Assembly (NCBI GenBank): GCA_964016885.1
Contig: OZ024741.1
Coordinates: 380,122,001 to 380,186,000, forward strand
Reading direction: 5' to 3'
From: Eledone cirrhosa
Lineage: Eukaryota
Length of the DNA stretch: 64,000 nucleotides
Positions 27,150-40,989 of this stretch are shown piece by piece; position 1 is the first letter of the stretch; every line of letters starts with the position of its first letter. The notes below the pieces were generated by a model that saw only the letters and a list, made by a program, of their open reading frames with translations, ran no database searches and was not told the origin of the DNA. The position numbers were made by a program, and so were the translations under genes.

Positions 27150-28450
27150 AGACGAGCCCCTTCTATATTCACTTTTTACCAACTCTCGAACGGAATACTC
27201 AGCATATTCATGACCGCTGACAACAAAGTCACTCCGGCTACAAATGTTCATCTTTGCGCTGGCAGTCGACAACTTTGTCCGGTCGCCTTTCAACGTCTGG
27301 TACCTGGACGGCACGACCCTAGGTAGCTCGGATGAGTTGGTAGTTGAGGACCTTCGGCAATCATCCTAGCTCTAAAGCTCCTGGAACTCAAGATCAACCC
27401 ATCCTATTCCAAGCTGATAAACGTTAGATACGGTGAAGCCGAATTTCACTATACCGTACTCAGCATCTATCCTGTGTTTTCTAGGGCTCGCCTAACGCCC
27501 ATATATGCCGCCTGCATTCTCGGCTCTCCAAAACCTCGAAAGCCAGATGGCACTACATGGAGACCCAGCACACAGACATGTTGAGGATGACGGAGATGTT
27601 GCGCCACATTGGCACGAATCCGGCTCTCTACCTCCTGAAGAATTTCTTCGCCCCTCCTAACATTTTGTTCAGGCTGTGCTGGGTGCCTTGTAACCCTCTC
27701 GAACATCAACTCGGGGAACTCGATGCTACCATCCACGTGCTGTGAGAAACTCATCTGCAGTGTCGGTTTCGATCGAACCGGCTGGCAACAGGTTGGTCTC
27801 CCTGTGAGGTTCGGATGCCACGGCCTCCAATCCGCATCCGAACTGGCACTACCGGCCTACCTTTCCTCCATATCCTCCGTTCGCACCCTCAGCAACGAGA
27901 CCCTCAGCAAGACAGCAGAATAAGACGTTACCTCAGAGCTTGAGCAGACTCTGGTCAACTGGTCCAGCAAAAGTCTCTCCTTCTCCCAGTATACACATGT
28001 CCAACGTAACTGGGGCGACATTAAGTGCAGATCTACCTTCAGTCAGATCTAGTTTGGCTTGGACCAACCCCTACTTCTCTGCCTCCATTCTGCCTCGCAG
28101 CCAAACAGCAGCGCATGGCTCAATTCAGTGACCTCTTCATCAACTGTTACCTTCCTTGATGATTAGTGAATGCGCATCGGAGTAGCGCAATGCCTTGGCC
28201 TCCGCGTTTGTGAGTCACATATGTACTGTTGTGTCGCTGTCATCGATGAGTTCGGCCAGCACCCATTATCTTTTAACCAGGTCGCAGGTCGGTTCCACCG
28301 ACATGCCACATTCAATTTCAACGACATCATAATAATGAGCCTCGACGCAACCGGCTTCCCGTCACAACTGGAGCCAGTAGGCCTTGATGTTGGTGACGGC
28401 AAGCGCACCGAGAGAATTATCCGCTTCCTTTTTGAAGGAGGTAAATGAGG
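27150..28450 (+). pseudogene. CRE-like non-LTR retrotransposon remnant (RT plus restriction-like endonuclease)
   Basis: NVWYLDG, WQQVGLPVRFG..L...SELALPAYLSS, RIGVAQCLGL, LEPVGLDVGDGKR motifs across frameshifts. Confidence 0.7.
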
Positions 28451-28644
28451 GGGCTGTTTCAGCGCGTGTCACTGGCAATTGTCCGCGGAAATACCTTTGT
28501 CGTTTTGTCCGCGGGGTGCAGCAGAAAGAACACTCTGACCTAGGTTTACAGTCTCTCACCCTTTCCTCTTCCCCCTTTCTTTCTTCCTTTGTCTAGTAGT
28601 CCTTGCTTTTCCTCTCATTTACAGCATTTATAAGCGTCGAGCAC

Positions 28645-28825
28645 CGTGATTTGTAGCATTTAGTTACATCCCTTTACGTTCTGAGTTCAAATCCCACTGA
28701 TGTTAGCTTTGTCTTTCATCCGTACGGGGTCGATAAAACAAAGTACATGTAAGCACTGAGGTCGATTTAATCTACTTTCCACTCCCCCAAAATTGCTGGC
28801 CTTGTGCCTAAATCTGAAACCATTT
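28645..28825 (+). mobile_element. tRNA-type SINE copy (subfamily variant)
   Basis: GAGTTCAAATCCC and the core tttcatcc..ggggtcgataaaa. Confidence 0.7.
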
Positions 28826-29764
28826 ATGGCATTTATAGTCCTTTCTAATACTGCTCTCTTTTGTGTATGTATATGTAAGTATACTATGAAAGGAAATTAT
28901 ATTTAATTACGTCATTATATATAACTTTGTTTTCACAGATCATAATAGATATATGGAAACGTTGTGAAGTAATTTTGTTCCTGATATGAGGAATGCCACA
29001 TGATGTCCTCATGACATCATTATCAATATAAGCTATGCAAAGGCAAACAATTACTGTACAGTCACATTTTATTATGTTCATTACCGTATTTCTAATGAAA
29101 TATATAGCCTGTATTACAAGGAATTTTGAAAATAAACATTTGGAGTAAGTAAATGAAATAACTACGTTTTCTTTAGTAAGCTGATATTTAGACTTCACTT
29201 AAAGATTCCTATCATATAAATTATGACTAAAGTTTTTAACATAAGATCAATCAATATAAAATGAGCAGTGGTTTCAGGCGATTTGGTATCGAAAGGATTA
29301 AGTATAGAAATTAAGTATCGATTTGGTATCGAAAGGATTAATTTCATGGGAGCTGCACTTTTAATGCTAGTTAAAAAATAAAATGTCTCAGCGAATCCCT
29401 TTACTAGCATGATGAAGCTTGCATAAACAAACAGATGTAAGTAGGAGGATGATATAGAGACTGATAAAGAAGAAGCTTATGACAAACTCCTTACATTCAA
29501 AAGTATCAAAGCATTCTGAAATATTTTTGTAAAGTTATGTGTGCATAGAGAGCCCTGAAGACTTTCACATAACTGAAGAAAATCAGAAGGAAAAGAAAAA
29601 ATATTTAGACAGTGAAAAGAATCGTCATGGTTGCAGTGATGTCATATTTTAGCCTTGTAAAACATTAGCTATTAGGAAGTATGAGCTCCCACCTTAGTGT
29701 TTGGAGCCTTCACAAGTGATTGTCGTTTGATGATTCCACATTTCACCTATAACCATGTCAATTA

Positions 29765-29802
29765 CGAGCTGAGGATCCGCTAAGGTGAAACAATTGTTCT
29801 AG
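29765..29802 (+). ncRNA. Minimal hammerhead (family H)
   Basis: CGAG-CTGAGGA-TCC(gctaa)GGT-GAAA-CAATTG-TT-CTAG; homologous to 46394-46432. Confidence 0.6.
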
Positions 29803-29920
29803 GTATGGTGAAATAACTGTTGTGTAAACACTTCTCTCTCTCTCTACCCCTCTCTCGCTCTCTCTCTCTCTTTACATATATATATAAATATATATATATC
29901 TCCCGTTAAGGGCGAAAGCA

Positions 29921-30046
29921 GTGATTCTTAGCTTAAACTTTAATCTGTTATTTTAATAAATTTTCTCTATGGTTCTTATATATTTGATGTATATGTTATC
30001 CTTATCGAGCCCTCTTTGGATTGTAGTCTTCACATTTATTATTATT
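29921..30046 (+). mobile_element. PLE family F 3' end
   Basis: Matches 35122-35181 and 36247-36374. Confidence 0.75.
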
Positions 30047-30135
<89 letters not shown>

Positions 30136-30215
30136 TGTGCGTATGTTTGTGTGTATATATACATATATGTATATGTGTGTGTATTTGTTTGTATTTGTAT
30201 ATTTATATATATATG

Positions 30216-30250
<35 letters not shown>

Positions 30251-30251
30251 C

Positions 30252-30335
<84 letters not shown>

Positions 30336-30378
30336 CATATATATATATAAATATACAAATACAAACAAATACACACAC

Positions 30379-30419
<41 letters not shown>

Positions 30420-30443
30420 TACGCACACAAACACACACATATA

Positions 30444-30518
<75 letters not shown>
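30047..30518. repeat. Compound CA/TA/TG microsatellite forming a ~470-bp palindrome centred on (TA)n near 30278
   Basis: Unique interruptions (tttgtgtgcgtatg, gtatttgtttgtatttgtatattt) recur in reverse complement. Confidence 0.8.
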
Positions 30519-30524
<6 letters not shown>

Positions 30525-30539
30525 ATGCATATATATATT

Positions 30540-30870
30540 TGTAGATAAAACTACCAAAATATACTGTAGTGTCCAATTCGTATGAAGAACTCAATCTAAT
30601 CCAAATATCATGAAAAGAGAAGATGTATTCAAAATGTTTTCGATGAAAAACACAGGAAAACAGAGTCAAGATAAATTAATAAAAATAATGAATAAAAACA
30701 AAGGAACAGTTCCTTATATTAAAAATTCATCATTTTACGATCGCTTCTAAGATATATATGTGTGTGTTGGTATGTATATCATATAGATCTATGTAAACAT
30801 TTTACAAACTATCAGAGGAAATATACATACCTACACATATATATGGTGTCTTCAGAAATAATTACATTTG
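30540..30870 (-). mobile_element. PLE family D 3' end with long-stem-II hammerhead (30732-30862, GAAG mutation)
   Basis: Homologous to 24826-25179. Confidence 0.7.
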
Positions 30871-31282
30871 TTTATTGAAAAAAACAACAAAGAATTAATA
30901 TAATAGGTATGTTTGGGAACAGGTTTTGAATTGACCGATAAAAAAGTAGCAAGTGGTCAAGTTGATAGAATAGTAGTAGTAGACATTTAATTTAGGGGTA
31001 GAGGAATGCAGACTTCAGTTTTGAATGGAAAGATTATTTTGAATGAAAAGATTACTTTGGGGATGAAAATAGGTCAAGCCGGTGAGAGGTACACGAAAAT
31101 TTGATGTTATTAAAGAATAATGCTAATGTTAAAATTTAAGGAGAATAAAATGTTACGATAAATGTGTTAGTGAAACATATCAATCTTATTTAAATCATAA
31201 GGAATTTAGATCTATAAAAAGAAATTAAATTAATTTAAATTAATTTAATTGATAGTTATATATATATATATATATATATATA

Positions 31283-31675
31283 TTTCGTTTCTGAATTTGT
31301 TTAGGAAGATTCTTTATCTGAAAACCTGTGTTGAAACCGATATTGTTATGCTTTGGGAGGGTCATGTTGACTATAAGAAACACACGCAAAAGTTGCTTTC
31401 ACTCCACTTTTGTGACATAAAAACAAGATGGCGTAGGACAAAACAAGGGAGAAGCACAAAAACAAAGAAAAGAATTCCCAGTCACTGAAGAGGTCACAAA
31501 ATGTGTAACGAAAGAACTTTGTCAATATATGCACAATCGTCTGGTTGTGGAACCAACCAACAAACCGGAAATTTATAAATTCTTAAATTTATAAATTAAA
31601 TTTATAAGAAATTGGAGTGAAAGCAACTGGTGCGTGTGTTTCTTATTGGCAACATGACCCTCCCAAGGCATAACA

Positions 31676-31676
<1 letters not shown>
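31283..31676. mobile_element. Head-to-head family A insertion; hammerhead at 31481-31523
   Basis: Same long end as 698 and same short end as 25218. Confidence 0.85.
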
Positions 31677-31751
<75 letters not shown>

Positions 31752-32102
31752 ATTTCCTGTCCGCCGCTCTCTAGAAGTCTTATATATTTTTATGTGGGCT
31801 GATAGTGGGCGGTTTAAGGATTTACAGAAACCCAAGAAGCTAGATTTACCATCTTTCTAGTGGGTCCGGGTAAGCTTTTACATTCATATGATTTATTGAT
31901 TTATTGATATTTTATCTGAGTGACCCGAAGCTTCCTGATCGTAATTTTTCGGTCGTATGGTTGATTTTAGACATAATCTATGTGTTGGTATTTTAACGAT
32001 AGTTATAGCTCTGATTTATCTGAATTATTGAGCCCTCTGCCACTCATGTCGAATTTTGTTTATCGTGAACTCGTGCGCCGATTTTTCGATACTCGATTAT
32101 TC

Positions 32103-32193
<91 letters not shown>

Positions 32194-33034
32194 TGTATAT
32201 GTGTGTGTATTTGTAATATATATATATCTACATATATAAAGCTGAGGATGTGTGTGTTAAGGTTTATAACGTGTGCAAGTCCAAAATTCACAACGGATTC
32301 TATTCAAAGACGGTACAATTATTGCTGTTGGTCAGGAGAACGTCATGAAGCAAATGAATTTCAAATGAATCAACAGTAAGGGCAGAAAATCTATCATTCT
32401 TTGAGGTTAAACAAACCTCCCTATAGTTTCTTAGATTTACTCTCTCCGTCACTCTTCCCTCTCTCTAAAATAGATTATTACCCCTCTCTATAATCTAACT
32501 GCTGCGGGAGTCATTGGCGTTTCGTTTTGACATACGGCTTTTCTGGGGCATTTTAAATCGGCTTATTGCAAATAACACTTCATATAACAGATTAATGCTA
32601 CAGACATATGAATCGGAATGTTTAAATTATTTATTTTTTACGACTTGGTTAAATATTAATATGACAACACCCATAGTGTTGTAGTTCTGGCAATTCTGCC
32701 GAATACACTGATTAGGTGAGTGTGTGTTAATGTTGTTTTTTTTTCTTTTCATATAAAGTCTATTATTTCTAATGTTTTATTTCCAACGGATTCTAATCAA
32801 AGTAGGGACAATTATTGCCTTTGGTCAGGAGAATGTCATAAAGCAAAAATGACTCGATCATGGTATTTAAAATTAGAATTCGAAAAGCTTATTCGGTTTC
32901 AAGCCAGGTTTAACAGTATGTTCTTCTTTCCTTTAAGTTGTTAAAAATATACCTGTCAATACTTTCTGTCAAGCATAACATTTCACTTTTAAGCTTGCAA
33001 ATACGTTTGTAACACAACAGTTAGTTCACCATAC

Positions 33035-33072
33035 CGAGAACAATTGTTTCACCTTACCGGATCTTCAGCAAT
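33035..33072 (-). ncRNA. Degenerate family H hammerhead
   Basis: CTGAAGA-TCC(ggtaa)GGT-GAAA-CAATTG-TT-CTCG; stem I diverged. Confidence 0.5.
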
Positions 33073-33117
33073 TACTGAGCATGGTTATACGGAACAGGAA
33101 GAGCAACCGCATGAACG

Positions 33118-33150
<33 letters not shown>

Positions 33151-33256
33151 ATGTAGGTATGTATAGGTGTAATAATGTGTGTTAGTGTGAGTGTGTGGGA
33201 GTGAGGGCTTTATATGTGTGCTTGTGAATGTGTTTGTAGACACCTGACCATAGGCA

Positions 33257-33347
33257 TTGTCTTTCATCCTTACGGGGTCGATAAAATAAAATACCAGTAA
33301 TGCACTCGGTTATCGGTGGCCTTGTGCCTCAAGTAGAAACAAGTATT
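33257..33347 (+). mobile_element. SINE 3' half
   Basis: Core ctttcatccttacggggtcgataaaata plus tail. Confidence 0.75.
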
Positions 33348-33634
33348 AGCTTAAGTGAACCTTAGAAATCAGGAGTGGCACCCTCGGAGTGAACCTGTCT
33401 TTAGAATTCTTTCTGCCTTTGTTACTCTGAATATACTTTTTAAAGAATTCCCTTTTCTTTACACCCATCAACTAATGACCACCTGTTGATTTCTCCTGAA
33501 TGAAACAATTCTAGTCCTGTAGAAGCCTTTTCTATATTAAATATTTAGACTCTGCTTTGCTTTGAGTATCTTCCCTACTGTGGTTACCCCCCATTGAACC
33601 AGGATAAACATATATATATAAGTATTCTAACGCC

Positions 33635-34140
33635 GTGCACGTCCATTCCGACAAAACTGGCAACCTATATCAAGTGGAGCGCAGTACTTACCATCAACTA
33701 CTACATATTGCTGTAACTAAGGATTACCGTAAAACTAATCGGCGCGTCATCAATGAAATCAACGATGCTGGGTTCAAAATCACATCTGATCTCAACATCC
33801 TGGACCGGACCGAACCTCTGGACCCTATCTCTCCCCACTTTACCCTGAAGGATCACAAATCCAATTTTCCGAACAACCCCTCTATTCGGCTTATTAACCC
33901 TACGAAGTCCGATTTAGGTAGACTTAGTAAAACGATTCTTGATAGAATTATACCTGAAATTAGAAGTTTGGCCCCTCTCGCACTGTGGAACAATTCTTTC
34001 GCGGTGATTGATTGGTTCAACGGCATATGTAACAAGGAACATTGCCGTTTTATCCAATTCGACATCAACAATTACTACTCCTCCATCACTTTACCACTTC
34101 TCCTTAGAGCTATCAATTTCGCTAAAACACTCACAGTAAA
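33635..34140 (+). pseudogene. PLE reverse transcriptase N-terminal fragment
   Basis: SDKTGNLY, TLKDHKSNFPNNPSIRLINPTKSDLG, FIQFDINNYYSSI; homologous to 59440-59910. Confidence 0.85.
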
Positions 34141-34764
34141 ACTTTCCTGTATTACAGCCCCACGTTATACCCTAACGGATAGCACGATCTATACGTGGAT
34201 ATTCTACGTCTTGATGTGGGAGCTAAGTATATGTTTTGTTTATTCCTTTACTTATTTGCATAGGTAAGTATATATTACCCGTATGTTTTGTGAAGGTATG
34301 TATACCTTCTCGTACGTATATTTGACTGTTATAGCGTACAACTTCTACATATTCTGGTATTTAGGGTTTGGCTATGTGTATACGGGAGTTTTGCGTCCGC
34401 GTGAGTGTGCAGGTTCGTACGTATGGTGGGTGTGTGTATATGTGTACTTCTTGTTTTAGTTGACTTACGTCTCCGAACATTCGTGTATTTATATGTAGGT
34501 ATGCGTGTGCGCTTGTTATATACGTATTTATTTACTTATATACGTTTATATAATTATTTATTTATTTGTACACAAGCATACACACACACACATATTTATA
34601 TGTGTGTGGTTTTGTATATCCATCGTAAGGTTTTGCGTATGCTTGTGTATGTACGTATCTGTTTGCGTGTATGTATTTATTTGTTTCTATTACTTCTGTA
34701 TTGTATTTATTTACTTTGTTCTTAACTCTGTAGCGGAGATTCATTTGGTCTCTTAGTTAGAATT

Positions 34765-35020
34765 TTAGTCTACGATTTCTGCTATACCATTTACGTGGTT
34801 TTGTCTTGGCGTGCTATTGTTCTCCACGCTCCACATATGACTTATTATCTTCGTTTTTTCGTTCATTGCCAGAGAACGTATCTATGCACCACCTAAGAGA
34901 ACATTAGTCTACGACCTCTTTTATACCATAAACGTGGTTTTGTTTTTGCGCGTAATTGTTTTTCACCGCTCCTATTAATGACGTTTATTCGTTTTTTCCC
35001 GTTCTTTGCCAGCGAACGTT
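34765..35020 (+). repeat. Diverged tandem duplication (period ~140 bp) in the PLE family F 3' region
   Basis: ttagtctacga...gaacgt at 34765-34879 and 34905-35019. Confidence 0.7.
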
Positions 35021-35176
35021 ACCACGAACCAAAGTATCGTCTTCCTGTCTTCCTCCGGTTGCAACGTTTTTTGAAATATCCAGTTCTGCGTTTACAGATT
35101 GACTTTGTTAGTTTCAGAAGATCCCGTTAAGGGTGAAAGCAGCGATTCTTTGCTTAAACTTTAATCTGTTATTTTA

Positions 35177-35573
<397 letters not shown>

Positions 35574-35610
35574 ACGAAAAATCAGTGATGCACTGAACTC
35601 AATTTATTGT

Positions 35611-35648
35611 GTGTTACAATTGTTTCGCCGGCGGACAGCTCGTGACAC
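35611..35648 (-). ncRNA. Decayed hammerhead
   Basis: GTGT-C(..)ACGA-GCTG(tccgc)CGGC-GAAA-CAATTG-TA-ACAC; 2 nt missing from the core. Confidence 0.45.
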
Positions 35649-35917
35649 GATCATTGTGTGGATCTGTCTGATTCTGGATCCGCAGGTTCGATGGTCACGT
35701 CTAATGATTTCGGAACAAATTCTCTCACTGGGGTGTTGGCGTCAAAAACATCCTCTTTGCGCGTCCTGTTATTGGCTGCTGTTTTTCTACGTCATCGTAA
35801 TTTTGACCAACAGAGGTTATTTGACTGAGCATCAGCTGTCGCTTTCTGCTACACTTCGATGAATTACTACTGGGTTTGGTAGTTCACACGACCACGCGCG
35901 CACTCACACACACATAT

Positions 35918-35954
<37 letters not shown>

Positions 35955-36108
35955 ATCACATAGATAACACCATCCGTACGCATAGATTCCCGCTATACGC
36001 ACACACTTAAGGAGTACATATAAAAAACTATAGACGTACGCATGTAGAGACGCCTGCTTACATCCCCATATACAGGCACAGATACAGACTCGCTCACAAA
36101 TACACACT

Positions 36109-36182
<74 letters not shown>

Positions 36183-36186
<4 letters not shown>

Positions 36187-36370
36187 AAATAACAGATTAA
36201 AGTTTAAGCAAATAATCGCTGCTTTCACCCTTAACGGGATCTTCTGATTCTTTGCTTAAACTTTAATCTGTTATTTTAATAAATATTTGCTCTACGGTTC
36301 CTATATAATATGATATATATTTATCCTTATCGAGCCCTCTTTGGATTTTAGTCTTCAAATTTATTATTAT

Positions 36371-36374
<4 letters not shown>
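36183..36374. mobile_element. Head-to-head family F insertion in (TA)n
   Basis: Left arm is the short end, right arm the long end; arms join near ctgattc. Confidence 0.8.
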
Positions 36375-36406
<32 letters not shown>

Positions 36407-36411
36407 GAGTA

Positions 36412-36475
<64 letters not shown>

Positions 36476-36593
36476 AACAAGCCCTTTCGATACATTGGGT
36501 GCTTGTACACATACACACACTGGCTCATATACACTCTTACAAATATGCGTATATTCACATACAGGCCCATTCACGCCTACAAAGATATATACT

Positions 36594-36635
<42 letters not shown>

Positions 36636-37289
36636 AATAGGATATATACACAATGTGTCATAAAATGGGTCATACATGAAATGATGTATCTTGTTATAAG
36701 CATGCACATATATGTATACATATATAGATATACACCAATATATACATATACGTATATACACATATATATACATATACGTATATACACATATATAAAATAA
36801 ACATGGAATATATTAAAAGTATACATATAACATCACATAGAGATATATAAAAAGAAGGAGGAGGAACGTGTAGGCGTATGAGATAGTACACAGGAGAAGT
36901 ATGCGATATACAGAAAATATAATATGTGTTACGGGATGGAATACGTGGAGAGTATGGACTCTCTATTGAGAAGATACACATGCATGGGGGTGCGTGGACC
37001 GGCCATACCGGAGTACGTCACTGTGGTTGAGCCATAATGTCCTATAGGTGTAATACCCTTGACTGAAACTCAGTGGAATCGGGGTCAACCTGTCCCTGCT
37101 CAGACGATGTTCTTGCCTAGGGTGACGTGCAGAGTTTGGTATGCATCCCGGGTTATTTCGGTTTACCCCACAGGGCATATATAGTCATCAGGGTATGGTG
37201 TCTGATCCCTTGAACCTGTTTCGCCGCTCTGGTCGGCGCACGCTCCGCCGCATGCCTGTAGCCTGGGCTTCCCGGTGGATTCCATGCGG

Positions 37290-37652
37290 AGTGTGTGCAA
37301 CTTCTCTGGTGTCTGCACATCATGATTATTTCCGATTTCAGGTTGACCGCATCATCCTTCAGTCTGACTATCTCCATGGCCTCGTACAGGCATAGCCTAC
37401 ACTTTCTGTTTCCAGTCGAGTATGCATTCGCGTGCCAAAAGGTACTCCAGTCAAGAGCCTTTGTCTTTCAAGTCCCATACCTGGTCCGCCAGCCTAGTAT
37501 TGTGCCTCTTACTCCGGTCCGTGAAAGTGTTCGTGTGGTTATACATCCGCGATGTAAGGGTCGTGGATGTTGCGCCGATGTAGGTGCGCTTTATATTGTG
37601 TGTGCTAACCACACATTTATATATCAGGCCCTTCGTCAGGCATCTTCCCTGC
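37290..37652 (-). pseudogene. PLE GIY-YIG endonuclease fragment flanked by an ~80-bp inverted repeat (37171-37250 / 37654-37732)
   Basis: GRCLTKGLIYKCVV..TYIGATSTTLTSRMYNH..TRLADQVWDLK..NLKSEIIMMCRH. Confidence 0.85.
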
Positions 37653-39265
37653 AGGCGGAGCGTACGCCGACCAGAGCGGCGAAACAGGTTCAAGGGATCA
37701 GACACCATACCCTGATGACTATATATACCCTGTATGCCTTTGACTGGAGTTTTTATAAAACTATAATTTTTATAAAACTATAATGAAGAATATTATCATG
37801 GAGAATGAAGAGACAGTTAATCTTAAAGAAATGGTGTAATATTTTTAGTAATGTATCATTTCTGCATCAAAAAATGAATAGTTTTGTCAGCATTAATAAT
37901 TTGCATTACTCAAGGATATCTGATCCAGTAGATTTAATCACTAGATATCTGACAATAGGCTCTTATAACTTTAAAGTTGCTGGTGAGCAGCACTCATTAA
38001 ATAAAAAACAGAAATTAAAAATCACAAAATAAATAATAGATTCTTTGGGAAATAATGGAGAAAACAACCAACTAAAGAAAAAGGAAAGAAAATGCTATGT
38101 AATTTAACATCAAGACAAATATGTATGTGAAATTTTTGGAAGAGATGAAATGTAAATTCACATACATGCATGTTTATATATACATCATGCATCTGTGTGT
38201 TAATTTGATTTACTTTGGAGAAGAGAGCGAAAACACTGCATCAACTGTGCAGGGATTGCTATGGGAATGCCCTTCACCCACGCGATTGACAGACTTTGAC
38301 ATGGATTCATATGACGGGGTGATTGACTGTTGATATTAGGGGAGCATGTGAGGCTATGGTGCCAGAAGTGCAGGGGTGCTCTTGCTGGAAGCGAGCGTCC
38401 AGTGATTTGACATCAGTGTTTGTGAGCCTTTCACACCCTCCTTGGTCAGAATGCATTACTGTGTGGATGTGGATGACTGTGTGTGAGAGACTCTCTCTAT
38501 TTTGAGCCAAATATAAAACAGGTGAACACCTATGCAGAGAGATTCAGTCCAGACTCAAGTGGAGACGCAAAGGTAGGTCATGATTCCTCATGACATGCAT
38601 TCAGTGGCTATATGATAAATTGTATAATTAATGTTTATGCCCAGCACAAAATTTACGTTTTTTAAATCTATGATTAAATTCATACACATATATTATTATT
38701 TCAGAAATTGTAGGTTTTGCACTGAAAAACTTACCATTCCTACATTGCCAATAATATTATATTTGTATGAATTTATTCATAGATTTAAAAAAAACATAAA
38801 CGTTGTGCAGTGCATAAATATATGGAAATATCTGAAATATGTTATACGTTTATTATACATAAACATGCTGAATGTGCTTTCATACAGAACTCTATTATGA
38901 ATTTACACGTGGTCAGACATATATGTTTATTATACATGATGTCTTGATGTGGGTGTTTTAAGCTTTGATCTTGTCACAGTTACTTCAGTAGCAATAATAG
39001 GTTTTAATACTTTTAATGAACGACCATGTTCTGGGGATGCTCATTTGCATATAGTATGAGCTTGACTGGCTAGGACTAATTAGCAGTAACACTCAAATTA
39101 GTAAATACATTTTTATTGTTCCATTTATACAGAAAACATATAGTGATTGTCTTTACATGTTGTGCAGGAAGCTGGCTGTTGATCACGTATTCATATTTAG
39201 TGTGTAGAGAGATTCTTTAAACATTATGCTAGACTGATTTCCAGATTCCACTCAAATCATTTGTA

Positions 39266-39453
39266 ATAATTATTTCTACTTTTGGCACAAGCCCAGCAAT
39301 TATCCCAGTGCATTACTGGTACTTTATGTCATCGACCCCGTAAGGATGAAAGGCAAAGTTAACCTCGGCAGGATTTGAACTCAGACCATAAAGGGCCATA
39401 ACTCTTTGCTGCAAAGCATGGCATCCAACCCTCTACCGATACTGCCAATCCAC
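39266..39453 (-). mobile_element. tRNA-type SINE copy
   Basis: Reverse complement of the SINE consensus. Confidence 0.85.
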
Positions 39454-40819
39454 AATATTAAGAGTTTCTTATATTTACTACCTTTAAAATGAAGTCAGCT
39501 ATGATAATTGGGAAAAATGAAAGCAAAGTAAATAAAGATATTAAATTTTATCATTGTTGGTTTAATTCTCTATTCATAAGTAGTTGAGCATATATATGAT
39601 GATATTCATACCTTGATCATTCAGTTGTTTTGCATATCTAGAATAGAATAAATGTATGGAATGGACTTCCATTTGCTTTTGACGATGACTGTTCCTGTTA
39701 TTCAGACAATGGAACAGCCTCTTCTAATGGGTAAGTTCCCCTAACACATACTCTTATTGTTATTCTCAGTATGTGATAATGATGGCCCTTTGAATTACAT
39801 ATATAGACCATTTGCATTTTCATCTAACCAATTTCGATTGCAAGGCCTGTGTCGACCAGAAGTTATGATAAATGTCACTTATCCAAGATGATATGGAGTG
39901 GAATTGAACCCTTGACTTAATGATTCTGAAGCAGACTTTTAAACCATACTGTATTTACAGTATACCTGGAATCCCATTGCTCCATATACTTCTTTTATGT
40001 TAATATTAGTGTGCAATTTGACTGCACTATTATATCCATAAGCCACCCTGCTTTGTAAAGGCATCATTTAAAGTATCATGGGGAAGGTAAGATTTATGAT
40101 GACTAATTTGACATTCATCATTTTATTACAAAGCAATAAGTTGGTGAGGAGATAGAAATGGAGCTACCGAACTGAAAGTCTTAGGAAATTTAGTTTAGAC
40201 TGTTTTCAAAGTTTGAATTATACCATGTATGACTTTGCTGTTTAACACATGATAGTGAACCAGAATCATAATTATATAAGGTAAAATGCCATGGGCTCTT
40301 TATTTATAACCTGTGATCAAAACACCTTTAGGGGTTCTACTTTCCTTTCATCCTAAAAGAGTCAATAAAAGGAAGTAGCAGTCAACTACTCGGTTTATAA
40401 AATCGACCATAATCTTCACACTACATAAATGTCTTTGTACCTATGTCAGAAATCAATAAAACAAGTATGGTCAGACATGTAGTAGGCTTGATTTAATCAA
40501 GCCTACTACTCTCCACAACAATAATAATGTGATCATTGCCAAGGTGAGAAATTATTATGTTATATGTAGTACATACAAGATGGCGAAACACATTATAGCT
40601 CCAAATAACTATTTATGTATTTTCTTTCGCAGAATCAATACAACGTAATATTTTTCACTGTGTGAATAGGACCATGGAAACGTCAATGAAATAATAAAGA
40701 GAATCTCTCTCTTTCTCCCCACACTTCATGTCTCTCTCACACACACAAATACATATCCACACCCAATTTACATGTATAAACATATAGAAGTATATTTTTA
40801 AACACACACACACACACAA

Positions 40820-40989
<170 letters not shown>

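Noticed and set aside
35115-35148. CAGAAGA-TCCC..GGGT-GAAAGCAGC as a functional hammerhead
   Set aside because: U4 altered, no UH site or stem I found; at most a relic
38200-38600. GC-richer block as a host exon
   Set aside because: Stops in candidate frames and no recognisable domain; likely old transposon debris
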